IMG/VR virus record: IMGVR_UViG_3300027759_000048
Source: a virus
DNA: 64,000 nucleotides
Strand: one strand, 5' to 3'
Part shown: piece by piece, positions 47,330 to 56,504 of the stretch
How the letters are laid out: each line of letters begins with the position of its first letter
Position numbering within the stretch: the first letter of the stretch is position 1
The notes under the pieces: generated by a model
Told to the model about the DNA's origin: nothing
Seen by the model: only the letters and a program-made list of their open reading frames with translations
Databases searched by the model: none
Program-made: the position numbers and the translations under genes

Positions 47330-47827
47330 ATGAAGAAGGTCTTATTTGCTTTCATTGCGGTACTTGCTCTATGCGGTTCCGTAGAAGCAAGAAGCCGTTA
47401 TTCAGGCAATCACGTTGCTGAGGAATCCGATCCTATCTCCTCTCTATTGGGTGGTGATGATTGGGCAGTCTCACCTCAGCCACGTTTTAAGAATAAGAGA
47501 CAGGCTAGAAACTATCAGGATACACAGGAAGAGAATTGGGGTTTTGGTTCCGCTTCTACTTCCCTGGTAGCCTACGGCCACCAATTGCAGCGTCAGGGGT
47601 TTCGTGTTTCGGAACATCCGTCATTTGGTGGAGTCCATCATGTTCATCACGGATGGGCCCACTACGCTGGCCGAGCCATTGATGTGAATGTCGGGCGAGG
47701 CGTGGTAGAAGCACGTTCTGGATATGCTAATAAGTTTGACCAGCTGGCTGCCGACGCAAGAGCAGCAGGGTACACCGTCCTCTGGCGAGTGCCGGGTCAC
47801 TATAATCACATACATATTCAGCATTAA
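47330..47827 (+). CDS. secreted protein with M15-like Zn peptidase domain
   Basis: Signal peptide; HYAGRAID (Hx6D) and HIH. Confidence 0.7.
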   Translation: MKKVLFAFIAVLALCGSVEARSRYSGNHVAEESDPISSLLGGDDWAVSPQPRFKNKRQARNYQDTQEENWGFGSASTSLVAYGHQLQRQGFRVSEHPSFGGVHHVHHGWAHYAGRAIDVNVGRGVVEARSGYANKFDQLAADARAAGYTVLWRVPGHYNHIHIQH

Positions 47828-47829
47828 CA

Positions 47830-47861
47830 GAAGGGCGGCAGAAATGTCGCCCTTTTTCTTT
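47830..47861 (+). terminator. intrinsic terminator
   Basis: AAGGGCGGCA-GAAA-TGTCGCCCTT followed by TTTCTTT. Confidence 0.9.
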
Positions 47862-47874
47862 ACTAAATACTCGT

Positions 47875-48096
47875 ATGCTAAAAATTGAAACTGTATTTGC
47901 TAAACGTAGAGAAAAGGCAAAAGAGCGTCTAGAGATATGTGAGAAATGTGATAGCTATAATCACACAACCACTCAATGTCTCGAATGCTTTTGTTTTATG
48001 AGTGTTAAGACATTATGGCCATTTGCCGATTGTCCGCTAAACAAATGGCAATCATATAAGGAAGAAAAGAATGGACGAGGTAGTAGAGAAAGCTAA
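47875..48096 (+). CDS. small Cys-rich protein (DUF6171-like)
   Basis: RLEICEKC...CLECFC...KT....CP..KW; late promoter ACTAAATA upstream. Confidence 0.75.
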   Translation: MLKIETVFAKRREKAKERLEICEKCDSYNHTTTQCLECFCFMSVKTLWPFADCPLNKWQSYKEEKNGRGSRES

Positions 48097-48511
48097 AGTT
48101 CTATTAGGCAATATGTTTGTGCTCTATATGAAAGCCCACGCATATCACTGGAACTACATTGGTGACAACTTTCCACAGTATCATGCTTTCTTTGGTGAGT
48201 TCTATGAGAGTGTTCACGGCGAGATTGATGTCGTAGCCGAGCACATTAGAGCAATGGATAATTTTGCTCCAGCTTCTCTCGCTCGTATAATTGAGCTATC
48301 CGAGATTAAAGAAGACGCACAGATTGTTAAACCAGAAAAGATGATACAGAACCTATATGATGCTAATGAACAAGTTCTTACTTGTCTAAACGAATGCTAT
48401 GAACTTTCAGGCAAAGAGAAAGCATTTGGTTGGCAGAACTATGTTCAGGATCTGATCACCGCACATCGTAAACAGCGTTGGATGTTGAGGGCAACTCTAG
48501 GAGAAAAGTAA
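48071..48511 (+). CDS. dps: Dps (ferritin-like DNA protection protein)
   Basis: HAYHWN, F..YH, D..AEHIR, H.K..WML. Confidence 0.92.
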   Translation: MDEVVEKAKVLLGNMFVLYMKAHAYHWNYIGDNFPQYHAFFGEFYESVHGEIDVVAEHIRAMDNFAPASLARIIELSEIKEDAQIVKPEKMIQNLYDANEQVLTCLNECYELSGKEKAFGWQNYVQDLITAHRKQRWMLRATLGEK

Positions 48512-49143
48512 TGGCTTTTATCTTCCGTAATTACTGGCCACAGCCACTAGCAGGTTATATTTCAATACATAACTTTAATAACGGCGTAGATGGTAAACCA
48601 TACTCATTCATGGTATGGAACTCGGGAGATAACAGAAATTTCTATCAAGAAGATTATCACGATAACAAGTGGCAAGCAACATGGGTTATGGACTATCTTG
48701 GTGACAAAGGCGTAACAGAAACAGCCGACATCTATCCAAGAAGATCATACCAATTCTGGACACAGTATAGAACAACTGCTTTTACAAAAGGTAAAGAAAT
48801 TCTTTGGGGTGGTGTTCAGAATATCGGTGATGAGTTCAATGCGCCAATTCAGATTGATCCAATTGCTTCTACAAAGTTTGAAGCACCAACTCCTGGCAAT
48901 CAAAGAGTAAAGTATGTTAATCAGTATAACTATTTCAACGGATACACTGACGTTATTGAATTAGAATACGATCAATCATTTGGTTCTAAGAAAGCAACTG
49001 GCTGGAGAGCATGGCACGCCCGTGAAGTTGGTATCATCCAGATACAGTGGCGTTATGACGGAAAAGACGTTGGTGGTGTTGTACCAGGAACTGTTTCCGT
49101 TGTCAAAGGAAAGATTGTCAATAAGTATCCTGTATTGACCTAA
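48511..49143 (+). CDS. hypothetical protein
   Basis: 210-aa coupled ORF. Confidence 0.7.
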   Translation: MAFIFRNYWPQPLAGYISIHNFNNGVDGKPYSFMVWNSGDNRNFYQEDYHDNKWQATWVMDYLGDKGVTETADIYPRRSYQFWTQYRTTAFTKGKEILWGGVQNIGDEFNAPIQIDPIASTKFEAPTPGNQRVKYVNQYNYFNGYTDVIELEYDQSFGSKKATGWRAWHAREVGIIQIQWRYDGKDVGGVVPGTVSVVKGKIVNKYPVLT

Positions 49144-49163
49144 TACTGATCTTGTGATATAAT
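49135..49163 (+). promoter_or_regulatory. sigma70-type early promoter
   Basis: TTGACC-N17-TATAAT. Confidence 0.75.
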
Positions 49164-49168
49164 ACATT

Positions 49169-49582
49169 ATGAAAAAAGTGAATGTAGGAATACTCAATAC
49201 TCTCGCTAAGATTGCTGAGGCAAACGATGATAGCAATATCCGTTTTGCCGCAGCGGTCGTGTATCGTAACAAGATTGTTTCTGTCGGATACAATCGTAAG
49301 AAATCCCATCCATTCCAAGCAAAGTTTTCCAAGAATCCCGAGGCTATCTTTTTACATGCGGAAGTTCATGCTATCAAGAATGCCTTGCGTGAACTATCTG
49401 TGGAAGAACTGAAAGACACAGAGTTATACATTACCAGAGTAAAGAAACCTAAAGCAGGCGACAAGCATTTTGTTTGGGGTCTGGCTAAACCGTGTTGTGG
49501 TTGCGAAAGAGCAATCGCAGAGTTTGGTATCAAGCGTACCGTTTATACAACTGATGAAACTGGAAAATATGAGGTGTTATAA
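49169..49582 (+). CDS. CMP/dCMP-type zinc deaminase
   Basis: SVGYN, HAE, KPCCGC; apparently leaderless transcript. Confidence 0.85.
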   Translation: MKKVNVGILNTLAKIAEANDDSNIRFAAAVVYRNKIVSVGYNRKKSHPFQAKFSKNPEAIFLHAEVHAIKNALRELSVEELKDTELYITRVKKPKAGDKHFVWGLAKPCCGCERAIAEFGIKRTVYTTDETGKYEVL

Positions 49583-49875
49583 TGAGTGAGAAGAAGATCA
49601 TTAAATTTGAACTTGAAAATTTAGCAGACAAAACTGGATATGCTTCTTTTTCAAGAGTAGATATACCCAAAGGTGGCAAGATCATTGATGTGTCGTATTC
49701 TGCTTATACCACATATCTACACGTTATCTGCAATCCTCTTCATAGAAAGAAAGAGCGATGGTTTGCTACCTTTGAAGAAGATATGCCGATGGAAGATTAT
49801 GAAAAGAAAACGTTTGAGTATATCGGCAGGGTCGGTGTCGTTCCTGAACTATACGTTTTCGAGGTTCATGACTAA
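49582..49875 (+). CDS. hypothetical protein
   Basis: Coupled ORF. Confidence 0.65.
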   Translation: MSEKKIIKFELENLADKTGYASFSRVDIPKGGKIIDVSYSAYTTYLHVICNPLHRKKERWFATFEEDMPMEDYEKKTFEYIGRVGVVPELYVFEVHD

Positions 49876-49917
49876 AGGTTCATAAATACTCTTAGGAATA
49901 GTCCTTAGGAGGATACT

Positions 49918-50688
49918 TTGTCTAAAGCATCAGACGACCACGAGCTTGCGGTTAGAGATAAAATCAATCAAATGAAGATATCTGGTCTTAAGGCTGAAAG
50001 ACCTAAGGCTGATGTTAAGTATTCTGATATCAAAGTTACTTTAACAAAAAAAGGCAAAGCGCAAAAGACAGCCTGGGTGGAAGTTAAAATGAACCACTCG
50101 GACAACTTGGGAAATATCAGAGTAGCTTGGGATGGAAACCGCTGGTCTGCTTCTGAAAAAGGTGGTATCACTCCTCTTAAAGCATTTATGGCACAACTAT
50201 TGAATAGTGGTAGAGGCAAAACACAAGCAGATAAATTTCTCAATGATCTTGCCAAGTTTGTCGGTGCTAAAAACAAAAATCAAATAAAAGTGCCAACAAC
50301 TGAAGGCGGCCTTAAAGATCCCAAAGCTGTGACACATAAGCAAATGGCTGCCTTTCTAAAAACCCGATCATCTCAATACTTTGTTGATGTTGATAATGTT
50401 GATCTAGGTAAACTAGTAACAAAGCATTACAACGAAGGTAAAGCTGAGCCAGTGGCTTATATGCAAGCTGGTAATGATTTCTTTTTGGTTGGTAGTCTAG
50501 ATGATCTCAGTATCAAAAGTAAACATTCTGACATTCCTTTCATTAAAGGAAAAGGAATGTTTAGAATGAGAATAGGTTTCAGAACAAAATACTATGAAGT
50601 TCAACCAGAGATAAAAATCAAAACGATGGGCGATAGTCGCTACTCACTAATAGATTCAAAAAAGAAAAACCCTTTTGATGGATTGTAA
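49918..50688 (+). CDS. putative PD-(D/E)xK nuclease
   Basis: E9...SD...VEVK pattern; Lys-rich; late promoter CATAAATA at 49881. Confidence 0.55.
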   Translation: MSKASDDHELAVRDKINQMKISGLKAERPKADVKYSDIKVTLTKKGKAQKTAWVEVKMNHSDNLGNIRVAWDGNRWSASEKGGITPLKAFMAQLLNSGRGKTQADKFLNDLAKFVGAKNKNQIKVPTTEGGLKDPKAVTHKQMAAFLKTRSSQYFVDVDNVDLGKLVTKHYNEGKAEPVAYMQAGNDFFLVGSLDDLSIKSKHSDIPFIKGKGMFRMRIGFRTKYYEVQPEIKIKTMGDSRYSLIDSKKKNPFDGL

Positions 50689-51930
50689 ATGATCAGATTA
50701 TCAGACTTTCTCACTGAAGCCGCGGCAGAAAAAGATCGGCACTTGACACACATTGAAGATGCTGTATTAGAAGGCGGTGTCGTCGGTACTCGTAACGCTA
50801 TTCAGTTTCTTATCTCATTGAGAGATATGTTTGCTGATGATGGACAGACATTATCAGAGGCACGTGGCTCTCTTATTCTAAGAACTAAGTTTGATGGAGC
50901 ACCAGCTTTGTATGCTGGTATCAATCCAGAGAACGGTCGTTTCTTCGTTGGGTCTAAATCTATCTTTGCTAAGAATGCTAAACTCAATTATACTGAAGCA
51001 GACATTAGAGCAAATCACTCTGGTGGTCTAGCAGCTAAACTTTCACTTGCTTTGAAATATCTACCTGAATTGGGGATTACTGGTATCATCCATGGCGATT
51101 TTATGTATTCGAGAGATGAGCTAAAATCGGAAACTATCGATGGTAAAAAGTATATTACGTTTCGTCCGAACACGATCACGTATGCTGTTCCGCAAGGTAC
51201 GACGCTCTCTAAGCAGGTACTTTCTTCTCGAATGGGAATTGTTTTTCACACTTCTTATAGTGGTCCCACTATGTCTTCTCTCCAAACTAATTTCGATGTT
51301 GACATCGGGCGTCTAAGAGCATCAAAGAATGTATGGTATCGTAGCAATAGATTTATGGACGTTACTGGCAGAGCCACACTTACTAAGTCAGAGAATGCTA
51401 AACTAACAAGCATACTCTCACAATGCGGCACAGTCTTTAGAACTATTCCAGCTTCATTACTAAATCAGATTGCCACTAGCGACACGTATAAGATACACAT
51501 TATGACTTTCTACAATCAGAAGGTTCGTGCCGGTGAGCATATGACCGCTGGACATACAGCCCAGCTAATCAAGTGGGTTGGAGATAAATATCAAAAGAAC
51601 ATTGATGATGCCAAGATGCCTGCTACTAAAGCAAAGCGTAAGGCAGAGAGGGATATGGTTCTTAGATGGTATCGCCAGAATGCTGCCGATCTAAAGAAGA
51701 TATTTCAGCTACAGAATTTATTGATTGACGCTAAGATGTTATTGATTGCTAAGTTCAATCAGGTCAACGATCTTGGTACATTCTTACACACCGCTGATGG
51801 TGGCTACAAAGTAACAACCCCAGAAGGTTATGTTGCTGCCTGGTCAACTGGCGGAGATGCTGTCAAGCTAGTAGATCGCCTGGAGTTTAGTAGAGCAAAC
51901 TTTTTGGCCGTCAAGAATTGGGGCAAGTAA
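50689..51930 (+). CDS. conserved T4-like protein (DUF6267-like, KxDG ligase-like motif) with capsid-targeting N-terminus
   Basis: MIRLSDFLTE, HLTHIED, TKFDGAPA, EGYV, VKLVDRLEFS. Confidence 0.75.
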   Translation: MIRLSDFLTEAAAEKDRHLTHIEDAVLEGGVVGTRNAIQFLISLRDMFADDGQTLSEARGSLILRTKFDGAPALYAGINPENGRFFVGSKSIFAKNAKLNYTEADIRANHSGGLAAKLSLALKYLPELGITGIIHGDFMYSRDELKSETIDGKKYITFRPNTITYAVPQGTTLSKQVLSSRMGIVFHTSYSGPTMSSLQTNFDVDIGRLRASKNVWYRSNRFMDVTGRATLTKSENAKLTSILSQCGTVFRTIPASLLNQIATSDTYKIHIMTFYNQKVRAGEHMTAGHTAQLIKWVGDKYQKNIDDAKMPATKAKRKAERDMVLRWYRQNAADLKKIFQLQNLLIDAKMLLIAKFNQVNDLGTFLHTADGGYKVTTPEGYVAAWSTGGDAVKLVDRLEFSRANFLAVKNWGK

Positions 51931-52048
51931 TGACCGATAAGCCAGAGACAAAGCCTGTTCCTGTCATCAAGACTATCAAAAAGATCGTCAAACAGGCTCA
52001 AGATAAGAAAAAGACTAAATAAACAATATAAACCCGCAGAGGGAGAGA

Positions 52049-54070
52049 ATGAAGAAAATCGTATTCACATTTGGCCGTTATAATCCACCTACAACAGGTC
52101 ACGCAGAACTAATCACATATGCCGTCAGACTAGCACAAAAGAACGGCGCTGATCATCGTATCTATACTTCCCAGTCACATGATCCATCTAAGAATCCCCT
52201 AGCACCAAGACAGAAGATGATGTTTCTGCGCCAGATATTTCCTGGCGTTAATTTCGTTGATGATCCAGCAATGAAGACCGCCTTTGCTATTTGCCGCAAG
52301 CTGGCTGACGAAGGTTACGAAGATGTAACATTTGTGGTTGGTGATGACCGTCTATCAGATTTCAAAACATCATTTAGCAGATATGTCAAGCCAAAGACTG
52401 CTAAAGATTATAATCCCAAGATCCATTATCCATTCAAAAAATTTCAGGTTGTATCATCAGGTGCTAGAAAGCAAGGCATCTCTGGTACAGACTTACGTGC
52501 GGCAGTTCGCAAGGGTGACTTTGCTACATTCGCTAAAGCCTCAGCGGCTAGAGATAAGACACTAGCTCGCAAGATATTTACTGCGACTAGAGCCCAATTG
52601 AAAGAACAAATGTTATACGAAGAAATGAGCCGCAAGGACTTTAGTAATCATCTCAATTCATTCCTTGATTTTTGCTGTGATAAACTAAACATATCCGACA
52701 AGCCAAAACTAAAGTTCAAAGAACCTGCGGACCAGGGTGAGCAACCATCATTTGCTGCTTATGCTCCTGGTGCCCGTGAGGTTTATGTTATGAGCAAGAA
52801 TAGACATCCAATGGATATCTTTAGATCAGTTGCCCATGAGTTAGTTCATCATAAACAGAATGAAGAAGGACGCATTGGCAAAGACATAGCCAAAGAAGGT
52901 GCTACTGGATCTGATATTGAGAACGAAGCTAATTCAAGAGCCGGCGAACTTATGCGCTGGTATGGCAAAGCTAATCCATCAGCCTTCAGTATGAGTTATG
53001 TTACAGAGAATAAAGCTATAGTCTTAGCTGGCGTACCTGGTAGTGGAAAAGATAAGATACTCAAAGAGACCATTCTACCATTTGGCTTCACAGAGATATC
53101 CTCAGAGACATATACAACGCCGTCAGACCGGTTGATTGTCGTCAATGGTACATCCAACTATGAGCGTATCCGTTTCATCAAAGAAGACCTAGAAAAAGCT
53201 GGTTATGAGACAATCATGGTATTCGTCAATACCAGCAACGATGTTTCAAGACAACGCAATGAAGCAAGAGCCGACAAGGGCGGAAGAGTAATCAATGAGG
53301 CTGTAAGATATACAAAGTGGAAGAATGCTCAGGATACTCTAGACCGCTATGACGATCTATTTGAAAGAGTATTTGTTGTCCAGAATGATTTAGACCTTAA
53401 TCAGTCACAAGAGGTTATTCAAGAGACACATCATAAGCTAATTGAAATGGTATCAGAGGATATTCGTCAGTTTGCTCTAGCACCAGCCGATAAGAAGTTT
53501 GAGAATATGTTAGAGGGCTATACAGATTTCTCTGTCAATAACAGAAAGAATCCAACTGGTGGTGCTGGCAATTGGGGCACATCAAAACTCGCTGACAGAT
53601 ATAAGTCAGATACACCAGGTCAGATTCCTGGTAAGAATTTAGAGATGGGTTACTATCAACCAAAAGTCAAAGTCTTTGGCAATCTACCAAAGCAGGCTGA
53701 TAGAGTTGGACAGACATTCACCTCAGCTAAGAATCCATCATTCGTCGGTGATATCACAAGCGACCAGAATGCTTTCTCAATCGGTGAGCCTTTGACAAAC
53801 TGGTCTGCTATTGATCGTTGGGCTATGAGAGAAGAGACCAGAAATCGCTTCAAGGCAAAGTATGGTTATTTGGCTGAACAGAAGATTAAAGAGATCGCAG
53901 ATAAATTACGCCGTGAGGCTAATTTTGATATCTCATCATCATCTGGCTTTATTGGTGCTACACCTAATGCTGGTAATGCTGGTGACGATGGCACAAGACC
54001 TGATATCAACGCAGAGTTTGAGAAAATGGCTATAATGAAGCCTAGAAGAAAACTAAATAAGAAGAAATGA
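52049..54070 (+). CDS. multidomain protein: HxGH-type nucleotidyl(cytidylyl)transferase + HExxH zincin + P-loop kinase
   Basis: FGRYNPPTTGH, VVGDDR, ISGT; AHELVH...ENEAN; AGVPGSGKD. Confidence 0.8.
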   Translation: MKKIVFTFGRYNPPTTGHAELITYAVRLAQKNGADHRIYTSQSHDPSKNPLAPRQKMMFLRQIFPGVNFVDDPAMKTAFAICRKLADEGYEDVTFVVGDDRLSDFKTSFSRYVKPKTAKDYNPKIHYPFKKFQVVSSGARKQGISGTDLRAAVRKGDFATFAKASAARDKTLARKIFTATRAQLKEQMLYEEMSRKDFSNHLNSFLDFCCDKLNISDKPKLKFKEPADQGEQPSFAAYAPGAREVYVMSKNRHPMDIFRSVAHELVHHKQNEEGRIGKDIAKEGATGSDIENEANSRAGELMRWYGKANPSAFSMSYVTENKAIVLAGVPGSGKDKILKETILPFGFTEISSETYTTPSDRLIVVNGTSNYERIRFIKEDLEKAGYETIMVFVNTSNDVSRQRNEARADKGGRVINEAVRYTKWKNAQDTLDRYDDLFERVFVVQNDLDLNQSQEVIQETHHKLIEMVSEDIRQFALAPADKKFENMLEGYTDFSVNNRKNPTGGAGNWGTSKLADRYKSDTPGQIPGKNLEMGYYQPKVKVFGNLPKQADRVGQTFTSAKNPSFVGDITSDQNAFSIGEPLTNWSAIDRWAMREETRNRFKAKYGYLAEQKIKEIADKLRREANFDISSSSGFIGATPNAGNAGDDGTRPDINAEFEKMAIMKPRRKLNKKK

Positions 54071-54100
54071 TTTTAGAAATCAATCAAAAAGGAACCAACA

Positions 54101-55567
54101 ATGTTTAATAACAGATTTAATAGTTCTAAGAACGATCCTCTTGTAGAGGCCGTAAAACAAGCTCAGGCTGAAGGCGATCTTCGTCGTCAGGCTGTTGCTG
54201 CCGTCAATGAGCAATTTGGCGTTTTCTCACGTAACGCAGTTGTTCGTGAGGATCTAGCTGCTTATGACGCTGCTATCGAGGAAGCCTATAAATGTATGAA
54301 GGAAGAAGAAAAACAGAAGAAAAGTGAAAAAGAAATAAATGCTGAAAAGACAAAAAAGACTTTTCCGAACGTAAAGCATGTAACATCAAAGGGTCATCCT
54401 GATTGGGAAAAGCATGGCATTAAAGATATTCCAACAGTCAAAGAAGGCAAGAAACTTGCCGACAAAGACTATGACAAGGACGGCAAGATTGAGTCCCCAA
54501 AAGATGAAGTATGGGGTTCACGTTTCCGTGCTGCTAAAGCTGCTGGTAAGATGGAAGAAGGCTCAGCCGTATCTGGTGAAGATCCAGGTATGGAAGTTGC
54601 TAAGAAAGCTGGCGCTGCTCAACAGTCACAGACACCATCATCAACACCTGCTCCTACAAAGAGTAAAGACCTTAGCTCAACATTCTCTAGCGCCCGTGGT
54701 GCTGCTGGTATGAATGAAGCACAGATTGATGAAATCTCAAAAGAACTAGCTGGTCGTTACGTTAAGCAGGCTGACTATAAGCGTTCCGAATCTTCTTTCC
54801 GTTCTGGTAAAGTTTACGGTAAAGAACTTGCCACAAAGAGAAGAACAAAGCAAGACGTTGAAGATTCACGTAAACACAATCGTGATTCCTTCAAGCGTGA
54901 AAAAGGCATCAACATGGCGGTTAATAAACTAACAGGTCGTGCTAAAGTTTCTGCTAATGAAGAAGTTATGAAGGAATCCATCAAGGCTAAACTTCTTGCT
55001 AAACACATGAAAGAAGATAGACAGATAGATGAGATCGTTGTTCAACCTTCACAAATAAAGTCAGGTGAAACACTAGGTCAGGCAATGAATAGACTTCAAG
55101 GCAAGACAGCTATCAAAGGTGGTAAAAACGATATATCTACACCAAAACCATCTTCATCTTCTGGTCCGCAGAACAATCCTGGTCTAGCATCCGCTAAAGG
55201 ATTTCCTAAAACTGCTGATAAACCAATCGGTGACGCTGGTTACAAGTCAGGTCAAACAGTTTCATTGAAACCAATTGGTGATACAGGTTCAGCTATGGCA
55301 GCGGACAACAAGCCAGAGCCAGCACGTCCTGCTCCAACACCAGGTTGGAAATCACCTGCTCCTGTTGATCAAGCAAAAACAATTGGTGCATCTGGTGGCG
55401 AAGCTCCTATGGCAGCACCTAAGGTTGCTCCAACACCACCTTCACGTCCTGCTAATTTGGGCGGTTCATCTGCTCCTGCTAAACCAATGCAGAATCCAGA
55501 TCAGAACATTACAAAAGTAATGAAAGAGTCAGTTCAAGTTGGTGTCAATAAATACAGGATTGTATAA
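54101..55567 (+). CDS. modular low-complexity internal head protein
   Basis: Late promoter ACTAAATA at about 54053; repeated (I/M)xE sites; IDEIS module. Confidence 0.7.
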   Translation: MFNNRFNSSKNDPLVEAVKQAQAEGDLRRQAVAAVNEQFGVFSRNAVVREDLAAYDAAIEEAYKCMKEEEKQKKSEKEINAEKTKKTFPNVKHVTSKGHPDWEKHGIKDIPTVKEGKKLADKDYDKDGKIESPKDEVWGSRFRAAKAAGKMEEGSAVSGEDPGMEVAKKAGAAQQSQTPSSTPAPTKSKDLSSTFSSARGAAGMNEAQIDEISKELAGRYVKQADYKRSESSFRSGKVYGKELATKRRTKQDVEDSRKHNRDSFKREKGINMAVNKLTGRAKVSANEEVMKESIKAKLLAKHMKEDRQIDEIVVQPSQIKSGETLGQAMNRLQGKTAIKGGKNDISTPKPSSSSGPQNNPGLASAKGFPKTADKPIGDAGYKSGQTVSLKPIGDTGSAMAADNKPEPARPAPTPGWKSPAPVDQAKTIGASGGEAPMAAPKVAPTPPSRPANLGGSSAPAKPMQNPDQNITKVMKESVQVGVNKYRIV

Positions 55568-55824
55568 TGGTGCATTCACCAAAAAGAAGTTCGGTATTTG
55601 GAAGTAGAAAAACTGGTGATCTAACTGACAGAGAGGCACCTCGTAAGGCAGTTGGTAACCAGAATCTAACTCCAGGTAGATATGATGTTAATGAAGAAGC
55701 AAAGAAAGGATCACAGAAGGTCCTTTCTAAGATTAAAGCTGGCAAGGCTGAAACTGGTGGCACAGAGACACCAGTTATTATCAATCCTGATAAGCCCGAC
55801 GCCATCGGCAAAACTTATAACTAA
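55567..55824 (+). CDS. hypothetical protein
   Basis: Coupled ORF. Confidence 0.6.
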   Translation: MVHSPKRSSVFGSRKTGDLTDREAPRKAVGNQNLTPGRYDVNEEAKKGSQKVLSKIKAGKAETGGTETPVIINPDKPDAIGKTYN

Positions 55825-55838
55825 AAAGGAAAACTAAA

Positions 55839-56492
55839 ATGCCATTATGGGGTAATTTCGATAACGCTGCTAATTCAGACATTGCAGCACTAATGCAGGT
55901 CAATCAAAGTCCTGCTAACACAACAGCAAGAACTTTGCTATTCAATAACACAACTGCTAACACAGTTGTAAAGAGTGCTAAGGGCGCTGGCAACGTAGTA
56001 GTTGGTCAGTTCTTTGCTAACACCGCTGAAATGAGAGCCGCACAGGCTTCACCTGGTGGTTCACATCCACAACATGCTGGCTGGGTTCTTCGTCACGAAG
56101 GACGTGGTCTCAAAGCTGGTCGTGTATGGTACGAAACACTTGTTGCTATGGGTTCATCAAGAAGCGATGCTTCCGATGACACATACTTCCCAGATTATGC
56201 ATTGCTTATTGGCACACAGCCATCAAGCAATTCATCTGCTACAGCCGGTAACTTGACATTCACCGTTGCTGCTTCATCTGTTCCAACTGGTGCTACACTC
56301 AGCTATCAGTGGCAGGTTAATAACGGCGGTTGGGTTAATCTTTCATATGCTGCTGGCCAGTATTTTAATCCAACAACTCTTACACTTACAGCAAACAACA
56401 TTACAGCAAACGGCAATGTGTTCCGTGTAGCAGTTTCTACAACAGGCGCAAATACAGTCTATTCAAGCAACGCTACAATCGCAAAAGTTTAA
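55839..56492 (+). CDS. virion structural protein with C-terminal Ig-like domain
   Basis: MPLWG, HAGWVLR..G...GRV.YETLVAM, TQPS..LSYQWQ..FRV.VS. Confidence 0.75.
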   Translation: MPLWGNFDNAANSDIAALMQVNQSPANTTARTLLFNNTTANTVVKSAKGAGNVVVGQFFANTAEMRAAQASPGGSHPQHAGWVLRHEGRGLKAGRVWYETLVAMGSSRSDASDDTYFPDYALLIGTQPSSNSSATAGNLTFTVAASSVPTGATLSYQWQVNNGGWVNLSYAAGQYFNPTTLTLTANNITANGNVFRVAVSTTGANTVYSSNATIAKV

Positions 56493-56504
56493 GGAGTGAT
56501 ATAA

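Noticed and set aside
47833-47851. GCGGCAGAAATGTCGC resembling a second RegA/RegR box
   Set aside because: The spacer is one base too long, and the sequence is fully explained as a GAAA-tetraloop terminator.
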